Shown here: positions 44,289 to 53,870 of the stretch, in pieces
How positions within the stretch are numbered: position 1 is the first letter of the stretch
How the letters are laid out: every line of letters begins with the position of its first letter
Source: Candidatus Gastranaerophilales bacterium
GTDB lineage: Bacteria; Cyanobacteriota; Vampirovibrionia; Gastranaerophilales; JANQFW01
Assembly: GCA_028277625.1 (NCBI GenBank)
Contig: JANQFW010000042.1
Span: 2,675 to 66,674 of the forward strand
Length of the DNA stretch: 64,000 nucleotides
Direction of reading: 5' to 3'
Position numbers and translations under genes: made by a program
The notes under the pieces: model-generated
What the model saw: the letters and a program-made list of their open reading frames with translations, nothing else
Database searches by the model: none
Told to the model about the DNA's origin: nothing

Positions 44289-45449
44289 GTGGAGCATATG
44301 GGTATATCGGAAATAATTAATTTTATCCAAACTTATAAGATTATTGGTCTGACTTTAGATAAGGTTTTGCTGTTTTTTACCTTTATAATTATAACGCTTA
44401 TTACCAGCAGAATTTTAACGCTTGTGGTTATTAACTTTATAAAAAAACAAGCATCTAAGACATCTACACAATACGATGATCACGTGATAAATATAATGGA
44501 AAAGCCTATTGTATTGCTGGTGTATGTTGTTGGGTTTTATTGTGCACTTTTTTCCTTGGGGCCAACTAATGGTGTACTACCGCTAAAGTCAATATTAACA
44601 GGGGCAGCAGAAACTTTTGTTGCTATGATCGTAACCTGGCTATGTTTTGACTTAATAGAAATATTAGATAAATTTTTAGTTGGTAAGTTTAAAGAGCAAG
44701 AAAAAGCAGATGCAGCTATAATTCATTTTTTTCCACTATTTAAAAGGTCACTAAAGATAGGTGTTGCTCTTATTGCACTAATCATCATTATACAAAACAG
44801 AGGTTATTCTGTATCGTCTTTACTTACAGGTTTTGGAATAACAGGTTTAGCAGTTGGTTTTGCCGCAAAGGAGTCGATTGCCAGTATATTTGGTTCTTTT
44901 TCTGTTATTGTCGATAAGGCTTATAAAGTTGGAGATTGGATTGTTGTTGATAAAACTGTTGCAGGTTCTGATGTTGAAGGCATTGTTGAAGATATTACTT
45001 TGCGCTCAACTAAAATAAGGGCATTTGATGATACTCTAATAATTGTTCCAAATAACCAGGCTGCAAATAGTACAATTAAAAACATATCTCGCCACAGAAA
45101 ACGTCGTATTTCTGAGTATATAGATATAACTTATGATACGCCACCGGAAAAAATTCAGATGGCTGTTGATATTTGTAGACGAGTAGTGGAAGAGCACCCT
45201 GGAATGTTGGACTATAAACAAATACATCTTAATCAGATGGATTCTCATTCTCTTAGGATATTTCTTTATGTATTCACCAAAACAACTGATTGGGGCGAGT
45301 ATTTAAAGATAAGACACGAATTATTTTTAAAGATAATAAGCGAATTTAATGCACAGGGCATAGAATTTGCGTTCCCTACTCAAACTTTATACTTGAACAG
45401 AGACTCTGGTATTGACGTGAATATGGTCAGTACAAGAGACTTTAACTAG
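44289..45449 (+). CDS. Mechanosensitive ion channel family protein (MscS-type)
   Basis: 386 aa. N-terminal TM helices. The pore-helix/beta-domain junction reads GFGITGLAVGFAAKESIASIFGSF...KVGDWIVV...GIVEDITLRSTKIRAFDDTLIIVPN. GTG at 44289, with an alternative ATG at 44298. Confidence 0.9.
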   Translation: MEHMGISEIINFIQTYKIIGLTLDKVLLFFTFIIITLITSRILTLVVINFIKKQASKTSTQYDDHVINIMEKPIVLLVYVVGFYCALFSLGPTNGVLPLKSILTGAAETFVAMIVTWLCFDLIEILDKFLVGKFKEQEKADAAIIHFFPLFKRSLKIGVALIALIIIIQNRGYSVSSLLTGFGITGLAVGFAAKESIASIFGSFSVIVDKAYKVGDWIVVDKTVAGSDVEGIVEDITLRSTKIRAFDDTLIIVPNNQAANSTIKNISRHRKRRISEYIDITYDTPPEKIQMAVDICRRVVEEHPGMLDYKQIHLNQMDSHSLRIFLYVFTKTTDWGEYLKIRHELFLKIISEFNAQGIEFAFPTQTLYLNRDSGIDVNMVSTRDFN

Positions 45450-45469
45450 TAACCAATATAAAAAGGAAA

Positions 45470-45497
45470 AGCAACCCTAAAGCTAGGGGGTTGCTTT
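45470..45497. terminator. Hairpin between convergent genes
   Basis: AGCAACCC (45470-45477) pairs with GGGTTGCT (45488-45495). The T tract is short. Confidence 0.4.
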
Positions 45498-45520
45498 AAT
45501 GTGTACTCAGATCAAATGTT

Positions 45521-45793
45521 TCAAAACAGCTTTCTTATCAGAACTAAAAGAGATAGGCAGAAGGATTTCAACTTTTCATAGAGCAATTTCAACAAAGCTT
45601 TGAATGATAACAATTTTTGACCTTGCTGTATATCTACTTTTTCAGTAAAATAATCAACTTCGTTTTCTGAATTTTTTACCTTTTTGTAAGTAGGAGTATT
45701 GTCTCCATCTTGATTAGATGAATTAGCGCTTGCAGCCGGATTTATTAAATTTTGATTAAACCTATTGGGTGGCTGTATATACATGGCTGTCAC
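45521..45793 (-). CDS. Hypothetical protein
   Basis: 90 aa. Polar N-terminus and hydrophobic C-terminus. No family recognised. Confidence 0.35.
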   Translation of the reverse strand: MTAMYIQPPNRFNQNLINPAASANSSNQDGDNTPTYKKVKNSENEVDYFTEKVDIQQGQKLLSFKALLKLLYEKLKSFCLSLLVLIRKLF

Positions 45794-45986
45794 CTCGTAC
45801 TGGCGTTATGTTAACCCTAATAAAGTTTTTTTACCGATAATTCGTAATATTAGATAATCAAAAATAGGACTGTAAGGTAATTTATTATCTGGAGTATTGT
45901 TACTTTCCAGACAATTTTACTATACCCGTAGTATAACATATTGTATTTCCTTTTTAAATATAAACAATTAAAAATATTACGAAAAA

Positions 45987-46634
45987 TTAATATAATTTGT
46001 TATAATTTTTTTTGTAGCCAAACTTATATTGATAATTATCATTATATTTCATTGCATTTTGATGAGTTCTAAAGTAATTTATCCTGCTAAGATAAAATGG
46101 CAATTTTTTTAAATAATCTAAAGGTTCTACAGGCGATCCATTATATATAACCTCAAAATGCAAATGAGGGCCTGTTGACCTACCAGTTGAGCCAACTTTT
46201 GCAATAATATCACCACGTTTTACATATTGTCCATGCTTTACTAAGTTTTTGGAATTATGGCAATATTTAGTTTTTAAACTTGGTAAATTATAGTAATCAG
46301 GATAAGCATGCCTTATTATTACCATATTCCCACAATTACGGTCTTTTTTACTTGTTAAAACATAGCCGTCTTGCAGCGCATATATAGGTGTACCATGCGC
46401 TGCAGCTATATCAATACCGGCATGAAATTTATACTTTTTGAGTACAGGGTGCTGCCTATATCCATATAAAGATGAAATTTTTCCTAATACGGGACCTTGA
46501 AAGTATTGAGTTTGAGCAAAACATATAGTATGATTAACTAATATTATAAGTATTACTAAATATAAGAGAACATTTTTATTCATTGCAATCTCTACTTTAT
46601 TATTACATTTTATTTTAACTAAGTTTTCATCCAC
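45987..46634 (-). CDS. M23 family metallopeptidase (LytM domain)
   Basis: 215 aa. Signal/anchor LLYLVILIILV. Contains HAGIDIAAAHGTPIYA and GSTGRSTGPHLHFEV. Confidence 0.9.
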   Translation of the reverse strand: MDENLVKIKCNNKVEIAMNKNVLLYLVILIILVNHTICFAQTQYFQGPVLGKISSLYGYRQHPVLKKYKFHAGIDIAAAHGTPIYALQDGYVLTSKKDRNCGNMVIIRHAYPDYYNLPSLKTKYCHNSKNLVKHGQYVKRGDIIAKVGSTGRSTGPHLHFEVIYNGSPVEPLDYLKKLPFYLSRINYFRTHQNAMKYNDNYQYKFGYKKNYNKLY

Positions 46635-46706
46635 TTTATAATTTATATCGTGTATTTTTTAATTTAATTTAATATTTTAGGTTATTATTATAAAGAGCGA
46701 GATCGA

Positions 46707-48167
46707 ATGTTGGAAAAGAAAAAAAATATGAAAAATATACCTAATCTGTTTGGAATTATACTTGCCGGCGGTAGCGGTGGTAGGTTATGGCCATTAAGCA
46801 GGGAAATGTACCCTAAGCAATTATTAAGATTCACCAATGAAAACACCTTATTCCAAGCTGCATATTTAAGATTAAACGAGCTGGTAGAGTCCAAAAATAT
46901 TTTTACAGTGACAAACTTAAAGCATTTTTCTGATATAGAAATACAACTTAAAGAGCTTAATGCGTCTGTTGACAATGCTATTATTGAGCCTATTGATAAA
47001 AATACAGCGCCGGCAATTATATTATCGGTCTTTTATATCTTAAAAAAAGCGTGCAAGGACAACGATGACCCACTGTTTTTAATAGCACCTTCTGACCATG
47101 TTATTCAGGACAACAAAATTTTTACAGAACTGTTAGAACAAGGCACTAAGCTTGCAGAAGAAGGCTATATTACTACATTTGGAATAAAGCCTGACAAGCC
47201 GGATACAGGATATGGATATATTGATGCAAGAAGAGATAAGACTTTATCTAATATAATTAGCACCGCTCGCAGGGTTCATTTATTTAAAGAAAAGCCTGAC
47301 ATAGAAACAGCTGAAGAATATTGCAGAAAAGGTAGTTTTTATTGGAATAGTGGCATTACAATATTCAAGTCATCTGTATTTATTAAAGAAGTTAAACAAC
47401 ATGCACCGGAAATATTAAATATTATACAAAACTCAATATTTACAGATATTGTGCCTGCTGTCATGTTTAATGACTATGTTAAAATGCCTGATATCTCGGC
47501 GGATTATGCAATTCTGGAAAAATCTAAAAAACTAGCTTTACTTCCAATGGAATGTGGCTGGAATGACATGGGTTCATGGCAAGCTATTTATGATTCTGGC
47601 AACAAATCTGACAGCAATAATTTTATAACAGGTAATGTTATAGACTTTGACAGCAGAAACTCTTTAATACTAAGCAATTCAAAACTTGTATCAACTATAG
47701 GATTAAAAGATACAATCATTGTCGAGACAGAAGATGCTATATTAGCGTGCGATAAAAACAGAACTCAAGATGTAGCTAAAATATTTGATATACTTAAACA
47801 AAATAACGATCTTGCCTGCAAAGCACATAGCACAACGTATAAAGTTTGGGGTTATTCAAAAATACTGCAAAGGGAAGATGATGTACTTGTCAAGACATTG
47901 TATATAAACCCAAAGTCAAAATTCAGTCAACATTTGCATAATCACAGAAGTGAGCACTGGGTTGTTCTTTCCGGCAAAGCTAAGGTTATAAAAGAAGATC
48001 AGGAATTTATCCTTAACACGGGTGATAGTATTGATATTCCCAGCAATACCAAACATTCATTAGAAAATGCTGAAGATACTATTTTAAAAATAATAGAAGT
48101 TCAAAACGGCAGCGTTCTAGAAGAAGGTGATATTATTAGGTTTGACGAAAGTTGCCAATACATCTGA
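46707..48167 (+). CDS. manC: Mannose-1-phosphate guanylyltransferase / mannose-6-phosphate isomerase
   Basis: 486 aa. Contains GIILAGGSGGRLWPLSRE, TFGIKPDKPDTGYGYI, FKEKPD and WNSGI. The C-terminal cupin has HRSEHWVVLSGKA. Confidence 0.9.
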   Translation: MLEKKKNMKNIPNLFGIILAGGSGGRLWPLSREMYPKQLLRFTNENTLFQAAYLRLNELVESKNIFTVTNLKHFSDIEIQLKELNASVDNAIIEPIDKNTAPAIILSVFYILKKACKDNDDPLFLIAPSDHVIQDNKIFTELLEQGTKLAEEGYITTFGIKPDKPDTGYGYIDARRDKTLSNIISTARRVHLFKEKPDIETAEEYCRKGSFYWNSGITIFKSSVFIKEVKQHAPEILNIIQNSIFTDIVPAVMFNDYVKMPDISADYAILEKSKKLALLPMECGWNDMGSWQAIYDSGNKSDSNNFITGNVIDFDSRNSLILSNSKLVSTIGLKDTIIVETEDAILACDKNRTQDVAKIFDILKQNNDLACKAHSTTYKVWGYSKILQREDDVLVKTLYINPKSKFSQHLHNHRSEHWVVLSGKAKVIKEDQEFILNTGDSIDIPSNTKHSLENAEDTILKIIEVQNGSVLEEGDIIRFDESCQYI

Positions 48168-48237
48168 CCATTGTCACCTCTTATACTATAAGTAGATTGT
48201 TTAGCGTTTTTCAATCGAATGCTTGCTAGTGATTGAT

Positions 48238-49239
48238 TTACTTGATAATTGTTGCAACCGGCTTTAATTTATCAGAAATAACAATATTCAAATCTTTAGC
48301 CCTTTGTGCATTCACATACATTTTTCGCTTTAATGTTGGCCTTGGTTTAATCTTAGCAGGATCAGCACCATTAAGTATCTTTTTGGCAATTCTGGCGGCT
48401 TGATAGCCCTGCTCAAAAGGTTCAACTGATACAGAGCCTAATCCTCCGCCATTAGCTACAAATGGCCAAAAACCAATTTCTGGGATTTTAGAATTTGATG
48501 TTGTCCATTTCATAGCTATCTTATAAGGCACATGATTACCTTTTCCGTCTTTTAATGTATGATATAAAATCACAAAAAAAGCATCTGCTCCAGACTGATA
48601 TTTATTAACAACTTCTTTCCAATTTTCAAAAGAATTTGTTGAATATGAGGCGAGTATATTAACTTTTTCTTTTAAAAGATCTTCTTCCAATTGATGACTT
48701 ATCAACAAGCTAGAAGGAGAGTTGTCGGTTAGTATAACAATATTATGACTATCTTTTTTCAATAAGTTTAAAAAGGCTACACTATCTCTTGCTCTAATTC
48801 TCTCTAGAACACCTGTAACATGAGAATTTGGAGCGTTATAACTAGAAGGTTCATTATTGACCCCAGTAAAAACATATTTTATATTGGACTTTGGATCATA
48901 CTTAGCAGCAATGTGGCTTGTTGCGTTATCATCTGAAGTAATAACTATATCAGGCTTCCACTCTTTAATTATTCTTTTTGCTTTCTTCGCAGCAGCCTCA
49001 ATATCTTCACTAGAGCTTTTCCTCTTAGTATCCATATAAAAAACTTTATACTCATGTGGCGTATTTTTTAAACCAGTTTGAATTCCTTGATTTATATGAT
49101 TTGTCCAACTAAATTCTTGATGATATGACGCTATATGCAAAATTTTTGGTGCATTTGCAACCGAAATAGGAGTTTTAAAAAAGATATTAAACAAGAAAAG
49201 TAATAAAACTAGCGCTATTAACTTTTTAATTATGCTCAT
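48238..49239 (-). CDS. Periplasmic substrate-binding protein (ABC_sub_bind/BMP-like), orphan
   Basis: The track ORF extends to 49281. The ATG at 49239 has AAGAGG 8 nt upstream and begins a signal peptide, MSIIKKLIALVLLLFLF. The alternating beta-alpha pattern (DIVITSDDNAT, IVILTDNSPSS, DAFFVILYH) fits a type I periplasmic-binding-protein (PBP) fold. No permease or ATPase gene is adjacent. Confidence 0.55.
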   Translation of the reverse strand: MSIIKKLIALVLLLFLFNIFFKTPISVANAPKILHIASYHQEFSWTNHINQGIQTGLKNTPHEYKVFYMDTKRKSSSEDIEAAAKKAKRIIKEWKPDIVITSDDNATSHIAAKYDPKSNIKYVFTGVNNEPSSYNAPNSHVTGVLERIRARDSVAFLNLLKKDSHNIVILTDNSPSSLLISHQLEEDLLKEKVNILASYSTNSFENWKEVVNKYQSGADAFFVILYHTLKDGKGNHVPYKIAMKWTTSNSKIPEIGFWPFVANGGGLGSVSVEPFEQGYQAARIAKKILNGADPAKIKPRPTLKRKMYVNAQRAKDLNIVISDKLKPVATIIK

Positions 49240-49694
49240 ATGCGCAGCCTCTTTTAAAACTAGTTGCCTTGCTAAACCCATAAAAGATCATTAAATTAAT
49301 AAAACAATTTTATCTTTATTTATACAAATTTGTCAATCTTCTAATTGTGTATATACAACTTATTTACAACTATAGTTTGAGTGTGAAATAAATGCTTATT
49401 ATTTTTCTACAAGGCACCAGCGATCTAATAAGTTATCAGGTATCGGACCTTTTTTACATCTGTAACTTGTCCTCTTATCAGATTTATCAAGTCCTCAGAG
49501 TCACTTTTTCCACAGAAGCTCACGTACCTTAAAACATATCTAATATAATTTTTTGTAAATTTATCTTAATATAAGAAAAATTTTATTCAATTATTATAAG
49601 CTATTTTCCTTAATAAATTTAGGAAGTAATTATTAAGTCAATAAGCTTAAATATATTACGGCTAGAACCTAAATATCTGGGGACTAAACAGGAA

Positions 49695-52625
49695 GTGGAA
49701 ATTAAGAGCAAAAATATAATAAATAATACTGCATTCAAGGCTAATACAACGCAGCCTCAACAATTGATTGTAGCTGATTCTAACGCACAGGCTAATACTA
49801 GAAAAATCAATGACATAAGTACTCAAAGGTTAAACTCAGCATTGCAGGCTCAAACATTGCCTAAATTAGGATATAAAAAAATAGCAGAGTTTAAGCCGCC
49901 TTATTATGATAAAGCACAAATGTACAAGCTTGATAACGGTCAAAAAGTAATAATATTAAAAGCTCCATTGCCTTTTGAAGTTAAAACATTTGTAAAAGCC
50001 GGATCTTTTAACGAAAATGATGCCTTTAGAAAAGATAAAAATGGCAATCCTTTAAGTAATAGAGGCATAAGCCATTTTATTGAACACAACCTTTTTAACG
50101 GGTCAAGCCGGCTAGAGTCCGATGAATTAGTTAAAAAAATAAATAAAATGGGCGGCAAGTATAATGCCAGCACAGGAACTTATCAAACAGACTATTATAT
50201 TATTTCGCCAATACAAAAGCAGGAATATATAGACAATGCATTGCAAATGCATGCTAATATGCTACATTTTCCTAAATTTAGTCAAAAAGCACTAGATAAA
50301 GAAAAAGGCATTGTTACATCAGAAATACACATGTATGAGGATAGCCCTTATGACAAGTCTTATAATACATTATTAAAAAATTTATTTAATATAAAAACGC
50401 CTTATCAAGGCTTAGTTGCCGGCGCAGATAAAAATATTAGGAATTTAACCCAACAAGATGTTAGGGATTATTATAATAAATGGTATACTCCTGACAACAT
50501 GACGACTGTAATTGTTGGTGATGTTGACAGTGAGAAGACTATTCAACAAGTAAGCCGATATATGAACCAAAAGAAATCCCTGCCAACTGACATGGATGAC
50601 TTTATAAATAAAACACAAAAGCACTATCAGGAATTAAAGCCTATAGATAAAACTGTAAGAAATGACATGGCAGATTCTAATGTTGATTCGGTGATATTAA
50701 GTATGGGCTTTAGTGGCCCTAAAAGTAAAAACTATAAAGAAAGCCTTGCAGTATCAGCGCTTTGCTGCGCATTAACAGGCTTTGAAAATGCCAGGTTGAA
50801 TAAAGCTTTAAAAGAGTTTAATACTGATCCAACAGTAGACAGAAGTGTAATTAGTCCTAAGTTAGATGATCCGCAAGTTATAAGCTTAAGCGTAAACTTT
50901 ATGCCGGGTGAAGAAGAAAAAGGGTTAAAACAAATATATAAAACGATATTCGATATAGCACAAAAGCCTACCTCCGATAAAGAATTAACTATTGTTAAAA
51001 ACAAGCTGAAGGATGCACTTAACAAAGTTAGTGAAACATCTGGAGGACTTGTTATCCTTATGGGTGATGCGCTTATGTCTCATGGAGATATTAAAGCCTA
51101 TACGCAATTACCTAAATTGATTGATGGTTTAACAGCACAAGATATGCAAAAAGCAGCTAAAAAATATTTGGATTTAAATAAAACAGCTATAGTTATGGTT
51201 CACCCTGAAGAGAATAACAATACTAATAGTTCTCAAAGCACTAACAGTAGACAAGCAGAAAAAGCGTCAAATGTTAGCTTTACTGGTAGTATCGGCAGCT
51301 TAAACTTTGATAATATAAAAGAAAAAGACTTAAAAAATAATTTTCACTTAGTATTAAATAATGATCCCAAGACCATAAGAACAAGCTCTATCATAGAGTT
51401 CAAGGCGAATAGCATGCCAAAGACAAAACCGGGCGTTACAGAAATCCTTGGGTTGATGATGACAAAAGACACTAAAATGCATAACGAAGAAAGTATCAAT
51501 GAAATTATAGATACTAATAACCTAGGAATTATAATTAATACAGGAGGCGATTATATTAGTGTTGAGGCTGACTGCCCTAATGAGAATTTAGGGCTGGCAA
51601 CTGATATAATGAATGAAATGCTGCTGCAGCCATCATTTAGCGAAACAAGCTTTAAAAAAGCCAAGGAAGAAATAAAGGTAGCGTTAAGCAGCGCAACTAA
51701 AGATCCAATAAGTCGTGCTTTTGAAACTTTATATCCTAATGACTATTACGGCTTTAGTGATAGAAAAATCTCAGAGGGCATTGATAATGTAACATTAGAT
51801 GATGTAAAAAATCTATATAATACAATAATTGATAACTCTCAAGGTAGAGCTGTAATAACTGGCCCTTTAAGCAAAGACCAAGGTCAAATAAATCAAGTAG
51901 AAAGTAAGATTGCAGCACAATTGCCTAGCGTAAGCCCATATAAATATGAAAAGAACTACCAAAACACAAAGTTAGATAAGCCCATAGTAATTACTGAAGC
52001 TGTGAATAGAAATCAAGCGCACATAATTGAAATGTACAAAATTGATATAGCTGATGATGCTGATTATATTGCCCTAAAGGTTCTCAATGAAATTCTGGGG
52101 GGGAATAGCCTATCCAGGTTATTCCAAGACTTGAGAGAAACTCAAAAAATGGCACCATATAGAGTTAGATCAAGCTGCGAATATGATGGCAAAGCCGGCA
52201 CTGCGCTTATGGAAGTAAAAGTAGATACCAAAAATACTGAAGACGGTAAAATTAAACCTTTGTATGAAAATTTAAAAGGCACTCTAGATGGATTTAAAAA
52301 GCATGTTAATGATTTAAAAACAAAACCTGTAACTCAAGAAGAACTTGATGCTGCAAAGCTTAATCTAAAAAGTAATCTAATATTAGGTGCACAGTCATCT
52401 ATGGGCAAATCTCTATTGGTAAGAGGCGCTCTTAACTCACCTTATGGCGCAACTGAAATTCAAAGGCTTTTAAAATGTATTGACGAGCTTAAGCCGGAAG
52501 ATCTTCAACGCGCAGCAAAAAAGCATTTTGCAAACCCATCTGTTATATCTGTACTTGCCAGCAAAGACACTATAGACAACTCTAAAACATACCTTGAGAG
52601 CTTAGGTGAGTATAAGGCCTACTAA
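49695..52625 (+). CDS. M16 (pitrilysin/insulinase) family peptidase, double-length
   Basis: 976 aa with a GTG start. Inverted zinc motif HFIEH in GISHFIEHNLFNGS, with downstream GIVTSEIHMYED. A second M16-like half starts after about aa 520. Confidence 0.85.
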   Translation: MEIKSKNIINNTAFKANTTQPQQLIVADSNAQANTRKINDISTQRLNSALQAQTLPKLGYKKIAEFKPPYYDKAQMYKLDNGQKVIILKAPLPFEVKTFVKAGSFNENDAFRKDKNGNPLSNRGISHFIEHNLFNGSSRLESDELVKKINKMGGKYNASTGTYQTDYYIISPIQKQEYIDNALQMHANMLHFPKFSQKALDKEKGIVTSEIHMYEDSPYDKSYNTLLKNLFNIKTPYQGLVAGADKNIRNLTQQDVRDYYNKWYTPDNMTTVIVGDVDSEKTIQQVSRYMNQKKSLPTDMDDFINKTQKHYQELKPIDKTVRNDMADSNVDSVILSMGFSGPKSKNYKESLAVSALCCALTGFENARLNKALKEFNTDPTVDRSVISPKLDDPQVISLSVNFMPGEEEKGLKQIYKTIFDIAQKPTSDKELTIVKNKLKDALNKVSETSGGLVILMGDALMSHGDIKAYTQLPKLIDGLTAQDMQKAAKKYLDLNKTAIVMVHPEENNNTNSSQSTNSRQAEKASNVSFTGSIGSLNFDNIKEKDLKNNFHLVLNNDPKTIRTSSIIEFKANSMPKTKPGVTEILGLMMTKDTKMHNEESINEIIDTNNLGIIINTGGDYISVEADCPNENLGLATDIMNEMLLQPSFSETSFKKAKEEIKVALSSATKDPISRAFETLYPNDYYGFSDRKISEGIDNVTLDDVKNLYNTIIDNSQGRAVITGPLSKDQGQINQVESKIAAQLPSVSPYKYEKNYQNTKLDKPIVITEAVNRNQAHIIEMYKIDIADDADYIALKVLNEILGGNSLSRLFQDLRETQKMAPYRVRSSCEYDGKAGTALMEVKVDTKNTEDGKIKPLYENLKGTLDGFKKHVNDLKTKPVTQEELDAAKLNLKSNLILGAQSSMGKSLLVRGALNSPYGATEIQRLLKCIDELKPEDLQRAAKKHFANPSVISVLASKDTIDNSKTYLESLGEYKAY

Positions 52626-52782
52626 AGAGACAAGTAAAACTGAAGTCAACGTAAACACTATTGGTGATTTTTTGCCTCTTAATGCTACATTTTCTAGTGC
52701 ACCAACAAAAGAAAACGATAAAATTATGCTGCGAACGCTAAAAGACTATTTGCCTATTGAGTATACAAGAAATAAAAAATAA
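52606..52782 (+). CDS. Small hypothetical ORF (58 aa) overlapping the M16 gene 3' end
   Basis: GTG at 52606 is the first codon after an in-frame TAG. The frame then stays open for 58 codons in AT-rich DNA. Non-repetitive product: ...NTIGDFLPLNATFSSAPTKENDKIMLRTLKDYLPIEYTRNKK. Weak SD. Confidence 0.25.
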   Translation: MSIRPTKETSKTEVNVNTIGDFLPLNATFSSAPTKENDKIMLRTLKDYLPIEYTRNKK

Positions 52783-52906
52783 AACTGTTTTTAACCAATT
52801 TAAGTTAAATATTGTTAAATATCTTCTTAAAAAACCTAATTTTAAGCAATAAATCCTATTATTTGTTTTTTTAATATTTGGGGAATAATTCTGGGGGATT
52901 GCAAAA

Positions 52907-53785
52907 TTGGGAATGGAAGTAAATGGACCAGGGCCAAATTTTACAAGAAATGCGCAAAATGCTGTAGGTGAAACTCAGCAATATTGGAGTAGATTTACTA
53001 ATAATGTTGATAGCTTTACCAGTAGTGTTGCAAAAGGACAATCTGCTAATTATAGTATGGCAAATAAAACTTGGCTTGAAAAAGCAATAAATGCACCTGT
53101 AATAGGCTTTTCTAAAATTTGGAACGGACTAGTACATGGCGATGGATTTATAAACCCGACAAATGGAAGTAATAACTTTATTGCACGTAGTGGCAGAGGT
53201 ATAGCTAGAGGCATTAAATCAAGCCTTGAGTATATTGGAGTAACTAGCGCTAACAATATCAATCCAAGATTAGGCAAATTACCATTTGCAGCTGCAGCAA
53301 TTACATTAGGTGTTGGAATTTTACCGGGCGCATTTAAAACTTTACGCGACTTGTTTAATGGAGATATAAAAGGTGCCGCTGGTGAAGCTGGCAGAACTAC
53401 GGTTACTGGACTTGGTGCTGCATTAACTGGCGCTGCATTGTATGCAACCGGTGCAGGTGCTATAATTGCTACTGTCGGGACTGTGCTTGGAACCCTAATT
53501 GGCAATGGAGTTGGAAAAGCTATATTTCAACGCACAAAGCCAATTGATCCTTCAAGTTATTATAATTTTAATAATGGATATGATATGCCATATATGCCAG
53601 TTGATAGCTTTAGTGCAGAGTATGGATTGCCTCCTCTTCCTATGTTTGGCAGACAAGGACCTTCTCCGATTCGTCAGCTTATGATGCAAGAAGAAGCTAT
53701 TGCTGCAAACCAGCCTTATGGTAACGGAGTAACTGACAAGGGTTATATGAGAGATTTAAATACTTATATAGATGCAATAACTTAA
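52907..53785 (+). CDS. Hypothetical Gly/Ala-rich (glycine-zipper-like) membrane protein
   Basis: 292 aa. TTG start 8 nt after GGGGGA. The central segment is GAAGEAGRTTVTGLGAALTGAALYATGAGAIIATVGTVLGTLIGNGVGKAIF. Confidence 0.5.
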   Translation: MGMEVNGPGPNFTRNAQNAVGETQQYWSRFTNNVDSFTSSVAKGQSANYSMANKTWLEKAINAPVIGFSKIWNGLVHGDGFINPTNGSNNFIARSGRGIARGIKSSLEYIGVTSANNINPRLGKLPFAAAAITLGVGILPGAFKTLRDLFNGDIKGAAGEAGRTTVTGLGAALTGAALYATGAGAIIATVGTVLGTLIGNGVGKAIFQRTKPIDPSSYYNFNNGYDMPYMPVDSFSAEYGLPPLPMFGRQGPSPIRQLMMQEEAIAANQPYGNGVTDKGYMRDLNTYIDAIT

Positions 53786-53870
53786 AAATCCTACCGTACT
53801 GGATAATGGATGAGATTTGACCACGAGATATAATGGAATGTTCGTTTAAAATTTTCTGGTGGTGAAGACT

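Noticed and set aside
46688-46975. 95-aa minus-strand ORF
   Set aside because: It is antisense to the well-supported 5' end of manC.
49425-49495. Three TTATCA motifs considered as DnaA boxes or a replication origin
   Set aside because: They match only the first 5-6 nt of TTATCCACA. No dnaA/dnaN or AT-rich unwinding repeats accompany them.
53050-53505. 151-aa minus-strand ORF
   Set aside because: It is a shadow of the Gly/Ala-rich segment of the plus-strand ORF 52907-53785 (GCN/GGN codons read as Pro/Ala on the other strand). It has no SD.
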